Below are positions 37,980 to 48,845 of a DNA stretch of 64,000 bases, piece by piece. The position numbers were made by a program, and so were the translations under genes. Origin of the DNA: an uncultured Trueperaceae bacterium (GTDB taxonomy: Bacteria; Deinococcota; Deinococci; Deinococcales; Trueperaceae); NCBI GenBank assembly GCA_963727505.1, contig CAVSGP010000002.1, forward strand, positions 160,001 through 224,000, written 5' to 3'. A model generated the notes under the pieces. It did not search any database. It was not told where the DNA came from and saw nothing but the letters and a program-made list of their open reading frames with translations. Numbering within the stretch: position 1 is the first letter of the stretch; each line of letters opens with the position of its first letter.

Positions 37980-39289
37980 CGGGCGCTCGCCGCCTGTGCC
38001 ACGTCCACCCCGGTGGGGACCATGGTCGTGGCGTCCGTGCCGAGCACGAGCTCCAGGTCCACGGAGCGCCCCCGATAGGCGTCGAGATGGTCCACCTGTT
38101 GCTTGCTGGCGTGGAGCAGCGAGGCGTAGTACTCGGCATCTCGCCAGCCGGGCAGCGTCGCCAGCAGCCGGCTGGGCGTCGGGTCGACCGTGCCCTCTTC
38201 GCGGACCAGGATATCCTTCGCGGGCACCCCCATCGCCTCCAAACGCTTCTGGAACCACGCGCCGAGTTGCGGCGTGCCGCTCCGGTTGGTGATCAGAAGC
38301 GTCGCCGTCGGCGCCTGGCTGAAGGTGCGCGGCGTGCCACCGAAGGTGTCGGCAAGGAAGTGGTTGACCTGTTGCGGATCGACCTTCAGCACCGTGCCGA
38401 CGTCCGGGATCTCGACCTCCTCGGTGGGCAGGGTGGCGGTCTCCTTGAGCTGCAAGCTGCCTACGCGCGACGCGAGTTGGCGCGCCAGCGCGGGGCTGGC
38501 GTTGGTCTGTACATCCTGGAAGAAGGTGTCGACCAGACCCGGGACCTTGGTGACCGCCCGCACGTTCAGCTCCTTCACCTTCGCCATCAGGGCGTAGGCG
38601 AGGCGTTTGACGTTGTCGAGGCGATCGATGTCGCCGCGCAAGGTGTGGCGGTAACGCACGAAGTCGGCCGCCTGCTGCCCGTCGATATGCTGTGGGCCGG
38701 CGGAGAAGTGGATGTGCAGGTTGCCCGCGTTGTCGTCGTAGTTCATGGCGTACGGCACGTTGACGTTCACGCCTCCCAGGGCGTCGACCAGGTGCTTGAA
38801 GATATCGAGCTTGATGATGGCGTAGTAGTCGACCGGTACTCCCAGGATCGCCGACACCCTGCGCCGCAGCGCGTCGGGCCCCCCGCGCGCGAACACGCCG
38901 TTGATGCGGTAGCCGGCGTCGGACAGCCAGATGTCGCGCGGAAGCGCGATCATGGTGATGGCGTCGCCGGTGATGTCGACGTAGAGGATGGTGTCGGTAT
39001 TGATGCCGGCGGTGCTGCGCGTGCCCTTGTAGTTCCAACCGACGATCGTCCCGCCCTTGCCGTAGATCGGATCGGCCTCGGCCTTGGAGTAGAAGATGTC
39101 GCGGCCGGCGACCACGAAGCTGACGTGGAAGGCGTTGCCCTTGATTCCCAGGAGTTGGCGCTGCTCGCGGCTGAGCGGCGAGCGGTGCACGTCGCGGGTC
39201 AACCAGTAACCCGCCAGACCGGCCAGGGCGAGGAGCACACCGGCCAGCATGAGGATACGCGCGTTACGAACGGTCAACAATCTGCTCAT
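37976..39289 (-). CDS. LCP (LytR-CpsA-Psr) family protein with LytR C-terminal domain
   Basis: N-terminal TM; TDTI; ALPRD; VDALGGV; VRYR; GDIDR; C-terminal ITNRSG...LVLGTD. Confidence 0.88.
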   Translation of the reverse strand: MSRLLTVRNARILMLAGVLLALAGLAGYWLTRDVHRSPLSREQRQLLGIKGNAFHVSFVVAGRDIFYSKAEADPIYGKGGTIVGWNYKGTRSTAGINTDTILYVDITGDAITMIALPRDIWLSDAGYRINGVFARGGPDALRRRVSAILGVPVDYYAIIKLDIFKHLVDALGGVNVNVPYAMNYDDNAGNLHIHFSAGPQHIDGQQAADFVRYRHTLRGDIDRLDNVKRLAYALMAKVKELNVRAVTKVPGLVDTFFQDVQTNASPALARQLASRVGSLQLKETATLPTEEVEIPDVGTVLKVDPQQVNHFLADTFGGTPRTFSQAPTATLLITNRSGTPQLGAWFQKRLEAMGVPAKDILVREEGTVDPTPSRLLATLPGWRDAEYYASLLHASKQQVDHLDAYRGRSVDLELVLGTDATTMVPTGVDVAQAASAR

Positions 39290-39860
39290 ACACCCTCAGG
39301 GTGGCGGGGTGGACGGCCTTCCCCTTGGAACGGAGATAGCGCACCTTCGAATCCACGGAGCGCGCATAGGCGGCGTCGAGATCCCTCAGGGCCAGGGCCC
39401 GGATGTCGTCGTTGACGCCCCGGCCCGGCTCGCACACGTCGGCGATATAGACGGCGACGCCGACGCGGTTGCCCGGAGCGACCCCGAAGACGTGGCCCTC
39501 GACCGCTTCCAGCACGTCCGCCTCGTGCACGCCCCAGCGCTCGGCGATGACGCGCGCGGCGCGTCCGTGCACCGACAGCGGATGCCCTTCCTCCGTGGCG
39601 TTCTCGGGCGGGGCCAGCTCGAACAGCTCCTCGGATGACAGGTCCCGCGCGGCGTCGTGCAGCACCGCGGCAAGACATACGGCTTCGATCTCGGGCGGGG
39701 TGAAGTGGTTGGCGCTGGCGATCGACTCGGCCAGCCTCGCCACGCGCAACACGTGCTGGAAGCGCTCCAAAGAGACCATCGCCCGCACCCGCACGCAGTA
39801 CGCGCTGAGCTCGGGGCGGCTGCAGAGGTCCGTTTCGGGCAGCGGGTTGGGTTCGGCCAT
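39264..39860 (-). CDS. yqeK: HD-domain Ap4A hydrolase YqeK
   Basis: RFQHVLRV; AVLHDAAR; HG; H; YIADVCEPGR; typical gene context. Confidence 0.82.
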   Translation of the reverse strand: MAEPNPLPETDLCSRPELSAYCVRVRAMVSLERFQHVLRVARLAESIASANHFTPPEIEAVCLAAVLHDAARDLSSEELFELAPPENATEEGHPLSVHGRAARVIAERWGVHEADVLEAVEGHVFGVAPGNRVGVAVYIADVCEPGRGVNDDIRALALRDLDAAYARSVDSKVRYLRSKGKAVHPATLRVYEQIVDRS

Positions 39861-40027
39861 CGTTCCTCGGTTCGTCGCAGGGACGGTCGCGAGCGCCTCC
39901 GAGCGCGCCCGGTCACCCCCGACCGCCGGCTGGCGGCACCGACCATTCAACCACATGAAGGTGAGAGCCTGCGGTCTGTCGGCCGACGGCGAGGGTGGGC
40001 TCGCGGCACGCCTCTGTCGAGAACCCG

Positions 40028-41314
40028 TCACCCTTCCGCGTCGGGCGTGCCTTCCCCGTGGTCTTCGGAGAAGTACTCGAACACGGCGTCGCCGATGCGC
40101 ACGTCGTCGCCGTCCCGGGCGCCCGAGCGCTTCAGCAGACGATCGATGCCGTAGGTCTTGAAGTAGCGCTGCAGATAGTTCACGGCCTCGGCGTTGGATG
40201 CATCGAAGCGGTCGACGAGCGCCTCGATCTCGCTGCCGCGGACCACCCAGCCCTCGCCGCTGGCGTCGCGGCCGACTTCCAGCGCACGGACCTCCACGCG
40301 CCGTTCCGGCGCCTCCCGGCCCACCGCTTCGGGCCGCGCGGGCAGCACCGCGAAGAGCGCCGAGACGAGGTCGCCCAGCCCCGCGCCCTCCAGCGCGGAC
40401 ACGCTCACCACCGGCAACCCGGCCGCGCTCAAGGCGCGCTCGGCTTCGGCCACCTCCGCGGGTGCCGCCAGGTCGGTCTTGTTCAGCGCCAGCAGCGCCG
40501 GCCGCTCCAGCAGCCCCGGGTCGAAGCTCACCAGCTCGCGCCGCAACGCCTCCAGCGTGGCCATGGGATCGGACGCGATATCCAGCACGAAGACGAGCAG
40601 GCGGGTCCGCGAGATATGTCGCAGGAAGTCGAGTCCCAGCCCCTTCCCGAGATGCGCGTCCTCGATGATGCCGGGGATGTCGGCGATCGTGAAGCGCTCC
40701 ATGTCCCGCTCCACCACCCCGAGGTTGGGGCTCAGCGTGGTGAACGGGTACTCCGCGATGACCGGCCGGGCGTTGGAGAGCGCGGCCAGCAGGCTCGACT
40801 TGCCGGCGTTGGGGTAGCCCACCAGCCCGACGTCCGCGATGGTCATGAGCTCGAGCCGCAACCGCCGGCGCTCCCCCGCAGTGCCGTACTCGGCGAAGCG
40901 CGGGGCCTGACGCTGGGCGCCAGCGAACGAGGCGTTGCCGCGCCCTCCTTCACCCCCTTGCGCCACCTGCACCGTCTGCCCGACCGTGATCAGGTCGGCC
41001 ACCAGCTCGCCACTGTCGAGATCGACCGCGGTGGTGCCGACGGGGACCTCGAGCACCATGTCCTCTCCGCCCTGCCCGGAGCGGTTGCGCCCCTCTCCCT
41101 GCTGACCGGTGTCCGCCTTGTAGCGACGGCGCGGCACCAACCGGTCGAGCGAGGAGACGTCGTCGATCGCCCGCAAGTAGACGCTCCCGCCGGCACCGCC
41201 GTGGCCGCCGTCGGGGCCTCCCTTGGGTATGTACTTGAGGCGCAGGAAGGACAGGGCACCGTCGCCGCCCTTGCCCCCCTCCACCGTGATGTCGAGCACG
41301 TCTCGAAAGGGCAT
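40028..41314 (-). CDS. obgE: GTPase ObgE/CgtA
   Basis: [37 protein letters not shown]. Confidence 0.95.
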   Translation of the reverse strand: MPFRDVLDITVEGGKGGDGALSFLRLKYIPKGGPDGGHGGAGGSVYLRAIDDVSSLDRLVPRRRYKADTGQQGEGRNRSGQGGEDMVLEVPVGTTAVDLDSGELVADLITVGQTVQVAQGGEGGRGNASFAGAQRQAPRFAEYGTAGERRRLRLELMTIADVGLVGYPNAGKSSLLAALSNARPVIAEYPFTTLSPNLGVVERDMERFTIADIPGIIEDAHLGKGLGLDFLRHISRTRLLVFVLDIASDPMATLEALRRELVSFDPGLLERPALLALNKTDLAAPAEVAEAERALSAAGLPVVSVSALEGAGLGDLVSALFAVLPARPEAVGREAPERRVEVRALEVGRDASGEGWVVRGSEIEALVDRFDASNAEAVNYLQRYFKTYGIDRLLKRSGARDGDDVRIGDAVFEYFSEDHGEGTPDAEG

Positions 41315-41338
41315 CGTTCACTCCCGTAGGCCCCAGCA

Positions 41339-41371
41339 GCGTGGGCGCGGCCATGTTGGCCGCGCCCACGC
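41339..41371. terminator. Strong hairpin between rpmA and obgE (terminator or RNA-processing/stability element)
   Basis: 15-bp perfect stem gcgtgggcgcggcca/tggccgcgcccacgc; no clear U-tract. Confidence 0.55.
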
Positions 41372-41410
41372 ACCATTTCGTCGCTCGTACCGCCGTACCG
41401 ATGGGGTCGG

Positions 41411-41710
41411 TCAGTCCGCCGGGATCGCCTCGTCCGCGCCCGACACGGCTGCCGCCTGCTCCGCCTCGATGCGGATGAAGCGGCCCTTGCGACCCTTGTC
41501 GGCGAAGCGCACCACGCCGTCTCTCAGCGCGAAGAGGGTCCAGTCGCTGCCGACGCCGACGTTCAACCCGGGCTTGAACTTGCTGCCCCGCTGCCGCACC
41601 AGGATATTGCCGGCGCTGACCACCTGTCCGTCGAAACGCTTGACGCCCAGTCGCTTCGACTGGCTGTCGCGACCGTTCTTGGAGCTGCCTACGCCTTTCT
41701 TGTGAGCCAT
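41411..41710 (-). CDS. rpmA: 50S ribosomal protein L27
   Basis: [22 protein letters not shown]. Confidence 0.97.
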   Translation of the reverse strand: MAHKKGVGSSKNGRDSQSKRLGVKRFDGQVVSAGNILVRQRGSKFKPGLNVGVGSDWTLFALRDGVVRFADKGRKGRFIRIEAEQAAAVSGADEAIPAD

Positions 41711-41733
41711 CTCGCTCTACTCCTTCGGTGTGC

Positions 41734-42039
41734 TCAGCCCTGGATCTTGGTGACCCGGACGTCGGTGTACGGCTGGCGGTGGCCGCGGTGGCGGCGGTAG
41801 TTGTTCTTCGCCTTGAACTTGTAGATATCGATCTTGGGCCCGCGGCCATGGCCGACGACCTCGGCCTTGACCGTGGCGCCGTCGACGTGGGGCGTTCCGA
41901 CCTTGACCTCGTCGCCGCCGAGCAGGAGCACCGGGAGCTCCACCGTCTCGCCCGCCTCGACGGCGAGCTTCTCGACGCGCACGACGTCACCTTCCGCGAC
42001 GCGGTACTGCTTGCCGCCCGTTCTCACGATTGCGAACAT
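41734..42039 (-). CDS. rplU: 50S ribosomal protein L21
   Basis: [29 protein letters not shown]. Confidence 0.97.
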   Translation of the reverse strand: MFAIVRTGGKQYRVAEGDVVRVEKLAVEAGETVELPVLLLGGDEVKVGTPHVDGATVKAEVVGHGRGPKIDIYKFKAKNNYRRHRGHRQPYTDVRVTKIQG

Positions 42040-42211
42040 CGTCAACCTCCCGCGGCCCGCACCCTCAGTGGGTCGGCCGCCTCACCTGCACCTGCATCGG
42101 GTGCGCCTTCCACCAGCACGCGCCGGAGCCGCCCCTTGCAGGACCGCCCGGCGCCGATCAGCGCTCGATTCAGCGGAGGCGGCCCCTCGGGCGCCATCCA
42201 CCAGAACCGTC

Positions 42212-42240
42212 ATTATAGGCGAGGCTTCCCGCACACGCAA
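42212..42240 (-). promoter_or_regulatory. Sigma-A promoter of rplU-rpmA
   Basis: TTGCGT-17 bp-TATAAT on the minus strand. Confidence 0.75.
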
Positions 42241-42273
42241 GCGGCGGCGCGCCAACGCTACAATCGCCCTGCC

Positions 42274-42795
42274 ATGCCCGAGCCCCACCACCCCGGGAAC
42301 CTCCGCGCCCGCGCTTCGGCCGGCGAGGTCGAGCGCTACCTGGCCGAGCACATCCCGCTGGCGCGGGCGCTCGGCGCCCGGGTGGAACGCTACGACGCTC
42401 GCGAGCTACGGATCTCCGCGCCGCTGACGCCCAACCTCAACCACCGGGACACCGCCTTCGGCGGCAGCCTCTCGGCCCTGGCCATTCTCGCCGGCTGGGC
42501 CAGGGTGGCCTTCGACTTGCGCGCGCGGGGCGTAAGCGCGCACGTGGTCGTCCAACGCAGCACCGTCGACTTCGATGCGCCGGTGGAGAGCGCGTTCGAG
42601 GTCCGCATCGCGGCCTTCGACGAGGCCGTCTGGGCCACATTCCAACGCACGCTGGCGAGGCGCCGCAAGGCGCGCATCGTTGTCCAGGGCACGCTGCTGG
42701 CCAACGGGGAGCCGGTAGCCCGCTTCGACGCGCGCTACGTGGCGCTCTCCGGCGACGCCGGCACGGCCTCCTCCCGACCGCGCTCGAAGAGGTAG
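42274..42795 (+). CDS. YiiD C-terminal-like hotdog-fold thioesterase
   Basis: IPLA..LG; APL.PN.NH..TAFGGSL..LA.LAGW; 3' end overlaps the RND gene's 3' end by 61 bp. Confidence 0.82.
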   Translation: MPEPHHPGNLRARASAGEVERYLAEHIPLARALGARVERYDARELRISAPLTPNLNHRDTAFGGSLSALAILAGWARVAFDLRARGVSAHVVVQRSTVDFDAPVESAFEVRIAAFDEAVWATFQRTLARRRKARIVVQGTLLANGEPVARFDARYVALSGDAGTASSRPRSKR

Positions 42796-45700
42796 AACGC
42801 CGCTGGGACCACGAAGAACGTGAGCAGCGCCGAGACCAGGATGCCACCGAGCATCACCAGGGCGATGCCGTGGTTGAACTCCGATCCCGCGCCGCGTCCC
42901 AACAACAGCGGGAAACTGATGACCAGCACCGTCAGCGTCGTCATGACGATGGGGCGGAAGCGAAGCCGCGCCGACTCGACCATCGCCTGCTTGAACGGCA
43001 TCTTGCCGATACGCTCGACCACGAACTCCAGGTAGAGGATGGCGTTCTTCGCCGACAGGCCGATCAGCAGCAACATCCCCATGAGGCTGAAGATGTCGAG
43101 CGACTGGCCCTGCACCACCAGGAACCACACCGCCCCGGCCACCGCCAGCGGCACCGGCAACAGCAGATAGATGGGGTAGCGGAAGGAGTTGAACTGCGCT
43201 CCCATCACCAGGTAGGCGAGCAGCAGTGCCAGTGCGAACACCCGCGGCCCCAGGGTACCGAGCTGCCGGGACAGCCCGGCGCGACCGAAGCTGTCCCCGG
43301 CGCCCAGCGTGACGTGGCTGTCCAGCACTCCGGCCTGGGTGAGCTGCTCGGTGATCTGGCGCTGGAACTCGATCGGGCTCGGCGCATCGGCGCTGGGCGT
43401 GATGGAGAAGCGCGCGCTGTACAGGCGGTTGCTGCGGCTGATGCTGATCGGCGCCTGCCTCTCGACGATGGCGCCGAGCTGACTGATCTGGAGGTTGGTG
43501 TGCAACGACGGCGCGTAGATGGGCAACGACAGCAGCGACTGCGCGTCGTGGAGATAGGTGGGATCGAGCTGGACGACGATGCTGTCGCTCTCGCCACCGG
43601 TCTGCACGGCACCGGCGGTGCTGCCGCCGGTGAAGGCGCGCAACGTCTGCGCGACGCTGTTGGCGGAGATGCCGGTGCCGGAGAGCAAGTCGGGATTGGG
43701 CACGAACACGGACTCCGGCGAGGACTGCTGGTTGCCGGCGTCGACGCTCAGCACGTCCGGGTCCCCCGACAGCACCGCCGACACCCGTTGCAGTCGCTGG
43801 TTGAGCAGGGCGTAGTCGGTCGACAGCAGGTCGAACGACACGGCCGAGCCCTGGCCGCGGAAGCCGCCGCCCGTGCGCACGAACACCCGGGCCCCGGGGA
43901 TGGCGCTCGCCGCGCTCTGCAGCGCACCCTGGTACTCGGCGCCGAGCGCGTAGATGCTGGGCCGCTGGGTGACGGGCGCGAGCTGTGCTTGCACGCTGAC
44001 GTCGTTGCTGCTCACACTCGTCTGAACGGTGCGCACCGCCTTCTGCGCCAGCAGGTAGCGCTCCACATTGCCGGCCACCTGGTTGGCGGCGGCCAGGGTG
44101 GTACCGGAGGGCAACCGGGCGCCGATCTGCATCAGGCCGGAGTCGGTCTGCGGCACGAAGTTGAGCGACACCCTGGGGCCCACCACGAACAGCGTGAGCG
44201 CCAGGAAGGCGCCCGCACCCAGAAGGACCAAGGCGCTGAACGGGAGCATCCGTTCGAGCAACGCGGCATAACCATCGCGCGTCCGGCGCAGCCCCGCCTC
44301 GGTCCAACCGTGCAGGGTGGTCGTGAGCGCCTCCAGCGTCGTGAAGACCGCCCTCACCAGATAGGCAAGGACCATCAGCGCCGGCGGGAAGAGCACCAGC
44401 GCGAGCAGGGACAGCGGGGACGCGAAGCGCCACAGAGCATAGGCGCCGGCCGCCACCGCGAGCAACCCGAGCGGCCGACGCCAGGCACGCCAACCCCAGC
44501 GCACGGCGTCGCCGAAGGCGACCAGGCTGCGGCCGGCGTCGCGCCAGCCACGGGGCGGCGCGTCGCCGATGTAGGCCATGCGGACCGTCAGGAACAGGAG
44601 CGCCTCGAGCCAGGAGAGGAACACCGCGGCCGCCAGTCCCAGCCCGAACTGGCGCAGGTAGGCTCCGGCGAAGCCGCCCATGAAGCTCACCGGGATGAGC
44701 ACCGCCAGGATCGACAGCGACGCCGCCGTGACAGCGCCGAACACCTCGCTGGCGCCGCGTAGCACGGCGGTGCGGCGGTCCAGGCCCATCGCGCGGTAGC
44801 GCTCCACGTTCTCGGCAACCACGATGGAGTCGTCGACCACGATGCCGATCGCCACGATGAGCGCCAGCAGCGACACCTCGTTGAAGGTGAAGCCCATCAA
44901 GCCGTAGAGCACGGGCGCGGCGGAGAGCGCGATGGGGATGGCCAGGATCACCGTGAAGGCGGTGTTGAGCCGCCCCAGGAAGAGCAGCACGATGATCGCC
45001 ACCACGATGGCGGTGATCCACAGCTCGTGGAAGGTGGACTGCACCGAAGCCACGATGGGGCCGGTGGTGTCGTTGCTGACCGTGACGCTGTAGCCCGTGG
45101 GCAGCACGGTGCGCTGGAGGTAGGCACGCACGCCGTTCGCCACGGCCACGGCGTTGCTGCCCGACGCCTGCTGGACCGACAGCAGCACTGCCGGCTTACC
45201 GTTGACACGGGTATAGGAGTTGGCGATGGAAGCCTGCTGCACCCGGCCGAGATCCTGCACGCGGACGTTGCGGCTGTTGTCGACCACCATGGTGGCGATG
45301 TCCTGCACGCCGGTGGGCTGGGTGCGGGTGGAGAAGGTGAGGACGTCGTTCTGGCGCGTGATCGAACCGATCGGCTGGTTGACGATGGATGCCCCGATGG
45401 CCTGGCTGACCTGCTGGGGCGCAAGGTTGTAGTAGCTCAACTTGGCGGGGTCGAGCAGCACCTGGTAGCGGCGGCTCGAGCCGCCCGAGACGTTGACGTT
45501 GGCCACGCCGGGCACGAGTTGCAGGGCGGGAACCAGGATGTTGTTGGCGTAGGCGTAGACGTCGTCCATGTTGGCGCCGTTGCCCTGCAGGCCCAGCTCC
45601 AGGATGGGTTGCGCGTTCGGATCGAAGGTCCGCACGATCGGTGAGTTGGCGTCGCTGGGGAGGCCGCGCAGGGCGGCGACCTGTGCCGCCACGGCGTTGG

Positions 45701-46094
45701 CGATGGCGGCCTGGTTGGTATCGGTGCCGAATTGCAGGATCACGCGGCTCGAGCCGGTGCCGCTGTTCGAGCTGATGCTGGTGATGCCGCCCACGGTCGA
45801 AACCGCGGACTCCACCACCTGCGTGACCTGCTGGTCCACCACCGCCGGCGACGCGCCGGGGTAGCTGGTGCTCACCATCACCACCGGGATGTTGGTGGTG
45901 GGCAGCAGATCCACGCCCAGGCGGCTGGCCTCGATCAATCCGAAGACGACCACGCCCACGAAGATGCCAATGGACAGCACGTAGCGAGCCACCGACAACC
46001 CCACCAGCGGGTTGACGCGCGTGGCGACCACCGCGCTGGCTTCCTCGCCCGCACCCCGCGAGGCGGCGGGTTCCCGATCGTCCTCGCCCATCAC
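42735..46094 (-). CDS. RND efflux permease (AcrB/AcrD/AcrF family), copy 1
   Basis: [27 protein letters not shown]; two large periplasmic loops. Confidence 0.92.
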   Translation of the reverse strand: MMGEDDREPAASRGAGEEASAVVATRVNPLVGLSVARYVLSIGIFVGVVVFGLIEASRLGVDLLPTTNIPVVMVSTSYPGASPAVVDQQVTQVVESAVSTVGGITSISSNSGTGSSRVILQFGTDTNQAAIANAVAAQVAALRGLPSDANSPIVRTFDPNAQPILELGLQGNGANMDDVYAYANNILVPALQLVPGVANVNVSGGSSRRYQVLLDPAKLSYYNLAPQQVSQAIGASIVNQPIGSITRQNDVLTFSTRTQPTGVQDIATMVVDNSRNVRVQDLGRVQQASIANSYTRVNGKPAVLLSVQQASGSNAVAVANGVRAYLQRTVLPTGYSVTVSNDTTGPIVASVQSTFHELWITAIVVAIIVLLFLGRLNTAFTVILAIPIALSAAPVLYGLMGFTFNEVSLLALIVAIGIVVDDSIVVAENVERYRAMGLDRRTAVLRGASEVFGAVTAASLSILAVLIPVSFMGGFAGAYLRQFGLGLAAAVFLSWLEALLFLTVRMAYIGDAPPRGWRDAGRSLVAFGDAVRWGWRAWRRPLGLLAVAAGAYALWRFASPLSLLALVLFPPALMVLAYLVRAVFTTLEALTTTLHGWTEAGLRRTRDGYAALLERMLPFSALVLLGAGAFLALTLFVVGPRVSLNFVPQTDSGLMQIGARLPSGTTLAAANQVAGNVERYLLAQKAVRTVQTSVSSNDVSVQAQLAPVTQRPSIYALGAEYQGALQSAASAIPGARVFVRTGGGFRGQGSAVSFDLLSTDYALLNQRLQRVSAVLSGDPDVLSVDAGNQQSSPESVFVPNPDLLSGTGISANSVAQTLRAFTGGSTAGAVQTGGESDSIVVQLDPTYLHDAQSLLSLPIYAPSLHTNLQISQLGAIVERQAPISISRSNRLYSARFSITPSADAPSPIEFQRQITEQLTQAGVLDSHVTLGAGDSFGRAGLSRQLGTLGPRVFALALLLAYLVMGAQFNSFRYPIYLLLPVPLAVAGAVWFLVVQGQSLDIFSLMGMLLLIGLSAKNAILYLEFVVERIGKMPFKQAMVESARLRFRPIVMTTLTVLVISFPLLLGRGAGSEFNHGIALVMLGGILVSALLTFFVVPAAFYLFERGREEAVPASPESAT

Positions 46095-47745
46095 TGGCCT
46101 CCGCCGGCCGGCGGAGGCCCGCTGCCGCCGGTGGGGCCGCCCGCAGGCAAGCTACGACGGCCCGAAGGGGCCGTTCCGCCGGGCGCCGTACCACTCGGTG
46201 CAGGACTGCCGGGCGCAGGACTGCCGGGCGCAGCCGCGCCGGCGGCCGCGCCACCGTTCCCGTTCGGGACGCCCGCTCCCCGTGCGCTCCGTGCCGAGGG
46301 TGCGCTGCGGTCGCTCGGAGCGCCACCGGCCGACCCGCTGCGGGCCGCCGTGCTGACCTCGGAGCCGTCGAGCAGCCCGGGTGGGGGCTGATCGATGACC
46401 GTCGCCCCCGACGGGACTCCGCTGACGGCTGCGTCGCTGCCGGCCTGCGCCAGGATGGTCAGATCGGTCTGCACCGCCTTGCCGCCCTCGATCAGGAACA
46501 CGAAGGTATTGGTGCCGTCGTTCTGGATGGCGCTGATCGGCACGAGCGTGGCCGTGGCCAGGGTGACCCGGTAGGGCACGGTGCCCACGACGCCGATGGC
46601 GAGCGAGCCGGCCGGCGCCCCCCGCCGCGCCGCCCGTCGGCGCGTCCTGTGCAGTGGAGTGCTGTGCAGCGGAGTCCTGTGCAGTGGCGTCGAAACGGGC
46701 GGTCACTGCGACTCCCTGGTTGACAGGGACACCGGGCCGCTGGGTGACGGTGATCGGGTACTGCGCCACGCCGGTATCGAACGACAGGCGCGTGCCTGCG
46801 GTGAACGCGGCCGCGTCGGAGGGCGGCACCGACATCTGCACCTGCCGCTGCCCGCTGACGAGCATCGCCACCGCCGTGGACGGCCCCACGTACTCGCCGG
46901 GGGCCACGTTGAAGGCAGCGACTTGTCCTGCGAAGGGAGCTCGGATGGTGGCGTTCGCGAGGTTCATCTCCGCCTGCTTGACGCCGTTCTGGGACTGCGA
47001 CACCGCCAGCCGCAACTGCTGCAGGCTTCCGGTCTGGGCGCGCTGGTTCTGCGACGCGTTGTTCTCCGCCGAGGCGACGTTCGCCCGGGCCTGGTCGAGC
47101 TGACTCCTGGCGCTGTCCACGCTGGACTTGGAAGTGCCGCCCAGCGCGTAGACCTTCTGCGCCGAGGCGTAATTCGCCTCCGCCGCCGACAGCGCAGACT
47201 TGGCTGCCTCCAGCTGGTGGTCGAGCTGCGCGACCGCCTGCTCGGTGTTCGTCTGCTGTGTGCTCAGATTGATCTCCGCATTGCTGAGCGACGTCTTGGC
47301 GTTGGCGAGCGCCAGCTCCAGGTTATCGGTGGCAAGCTGCATGATCGGCTGCTGGGCGTGGACCTCGTCCCCCGCAGCCACCAACAGCGTCTTCACGGTG
47401 CCGCTGGCCTGCGCCGCGACGTTGCTCTGCATCACCGCGGCCACCGTCCCCGTCGCGGTGCGGTCGGCCACCAGCGGACCGCTCTTCACCGTGACCGCCT
47501 GTACCTCGACGGTAGCGCCGGTGCCGCCGCCCCCTGCGAACCCGCCACCCGGGGAGCCTCCCGCTCCGCCGCGCGAGAACCCGCCGGCGCCGCCGCGTCC
47601 GCCGCCGGGAAACGCGCCGCCGGGTGCAGCACTGCCGGCGCCGCCGGCGGCGCACCGGAGTGCCCGTGCTACCCCGGAGTGCGTAGCCACCGAAGCCCGC
47701 AGCGACCACCAGGATGATCAGGAGCGCCCAGCCGCGGGCTCTCAC
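46091..47745 (-). pseudogene. RND periplasmic adaptor (MFP), copy 1, interrupted by two apparent +1 frameshifts
   Basis: N-terminal TM frame from GTG 47745, core MFP frame (IRAPFAG) and C-terminal frame (46091-46617) differ; removing 2 nt gives a 550-aa ORF. Confidence 0.75.
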
Positions 47746-48845
47746 GGAGCGCCTCCCGACCCCGGCGTCGCCGGCCCCACCAGGCCTGTGAGGTCCTGCC
47801 CGGCCGAGACGGAGAGCGTCACGAGCGCGTTGCGGTAGCCGTCGACGGCCTGCAGCAGGCTGTAGGTCGAAGAGGCGACCGCGACCCCATCGGACTGGAC
47901 CTGGAGGGCGGAAACCGTGCCCGCCTCGAGGGCCGCCCGGTCCTGCTGCAAGACCTGACGGACGTTGTCGAGGTTCTGCTGCGCGATGGCGATGCGGGCA
48001 TCGGCGTCGTGCGCCGCCTGGTAGGCGTTCGCCAGGCTGGTGGCGGCGTTCTGCCGGGCGGTGTCCAGACTTCTCTGGGCATTGTCCAGCGACGTCTTGG
48101 CCGTCTGGTAGGTCATGCGGGGGGTGTAGTCGTTGTCGTAGAGCTTGACCTGGAGCGTGTAGAGCTCGACCGACTGCCGCGCCTGGACCACCGATGGCAA
48201 GCGCTGCAGCAGTCCCTTCTCGAGGTCGGCAAGCTTCGCGGTCACTTGCGGCAGGTCGGGCGGAGCGGAGACCGTCACCGATCCCAGGTCGGTCACGCCG
48301 AGCAGCGTAGCGAGCTGCGCGCCGGCCGCGGGCACCTTGGCCTGGGCGTTGGCAAGGGTCTGTTGGGCGCTCTGCAGCGCGGTCCTGGCCTTGGAGACAT
48401 CGAGTGAGGTGGCATTCCCGTCGCCGAACTTCGCCTGCGCCACCTGCAGATCGCGATCCGCCAGGTCGCGCTGGGCCTGCGCCACCGTTACGTTCTGCTG
48501 TGCCTCGTACAGCGACAGGTAGGCGTTGACGACGCTCTGGAGCACCTGGAGCCGGGTTGCTTCCAGCCCGACCCGGCTCTGCGCGGCCGCCTGCTGCGCC
48601 TGCGTCTTCTGCAGTACCAGCGCCGACGGATCGGCCTGCACCGCCTTGAGCTGGAGCCCCGCGTTGGCCAGGTTGGTCTGGGCGCTGGCCAGCGCGGCGC
48701 CCTGCCCGTAGGCGCGTGCCAGCGCCTGGGGAAGATCGAGGGTGGCGGCCTTCGCCGTCGACGAGGGCTGAGGCGGAACGACGCTCTGCTGCGCCGACGC
48801 CGTCGCGACGAGCAGAGCGACGAGGAGGAACGTGCGGATTCTCAT
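47742..48845 (-). CDS. TolC-like outer membrane factor lacking beta-barrel strands (OMF-B, copy 1)
   Basis: Signal peptide; two OEP helical repeats (VVNAYL, G..T.LDV); strand positions replaced by the short turns ADPSAL and DNDYTP. Confidence 0.8.
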   Translation of the reverse strand: MRIRTFLLVALLVATASAQQSVVPPQPSSTAKAATLDLPQALARAYGQGAALASAQTNLANAGLQLKAVQADPSALVLQKTQAQQAAAQSRVGLEATRLQVLQSVVNAYLSLYEAQQNVTVAQAQRDLADRDLQVAQAKFGDGNATSLDVSKARTALQSAQQTLANAQAKVPAAGAQLATLLGVTDLGSVTVSAPPDLPQVTAKLADLEKGLLQRLPSVVQARQSVELYTLQVKLYDNDYTPRMTYQTAKTSLDNAQRSLDTARQNAATSLANAYQAAHDADARIAIAQQNLDNVRQVLQQDRAALEAGTVSALQVQSDGVAVASSTYSLLQAVDGYRNALVTLSVSAGQDLTGLVGPATPGSGGAP

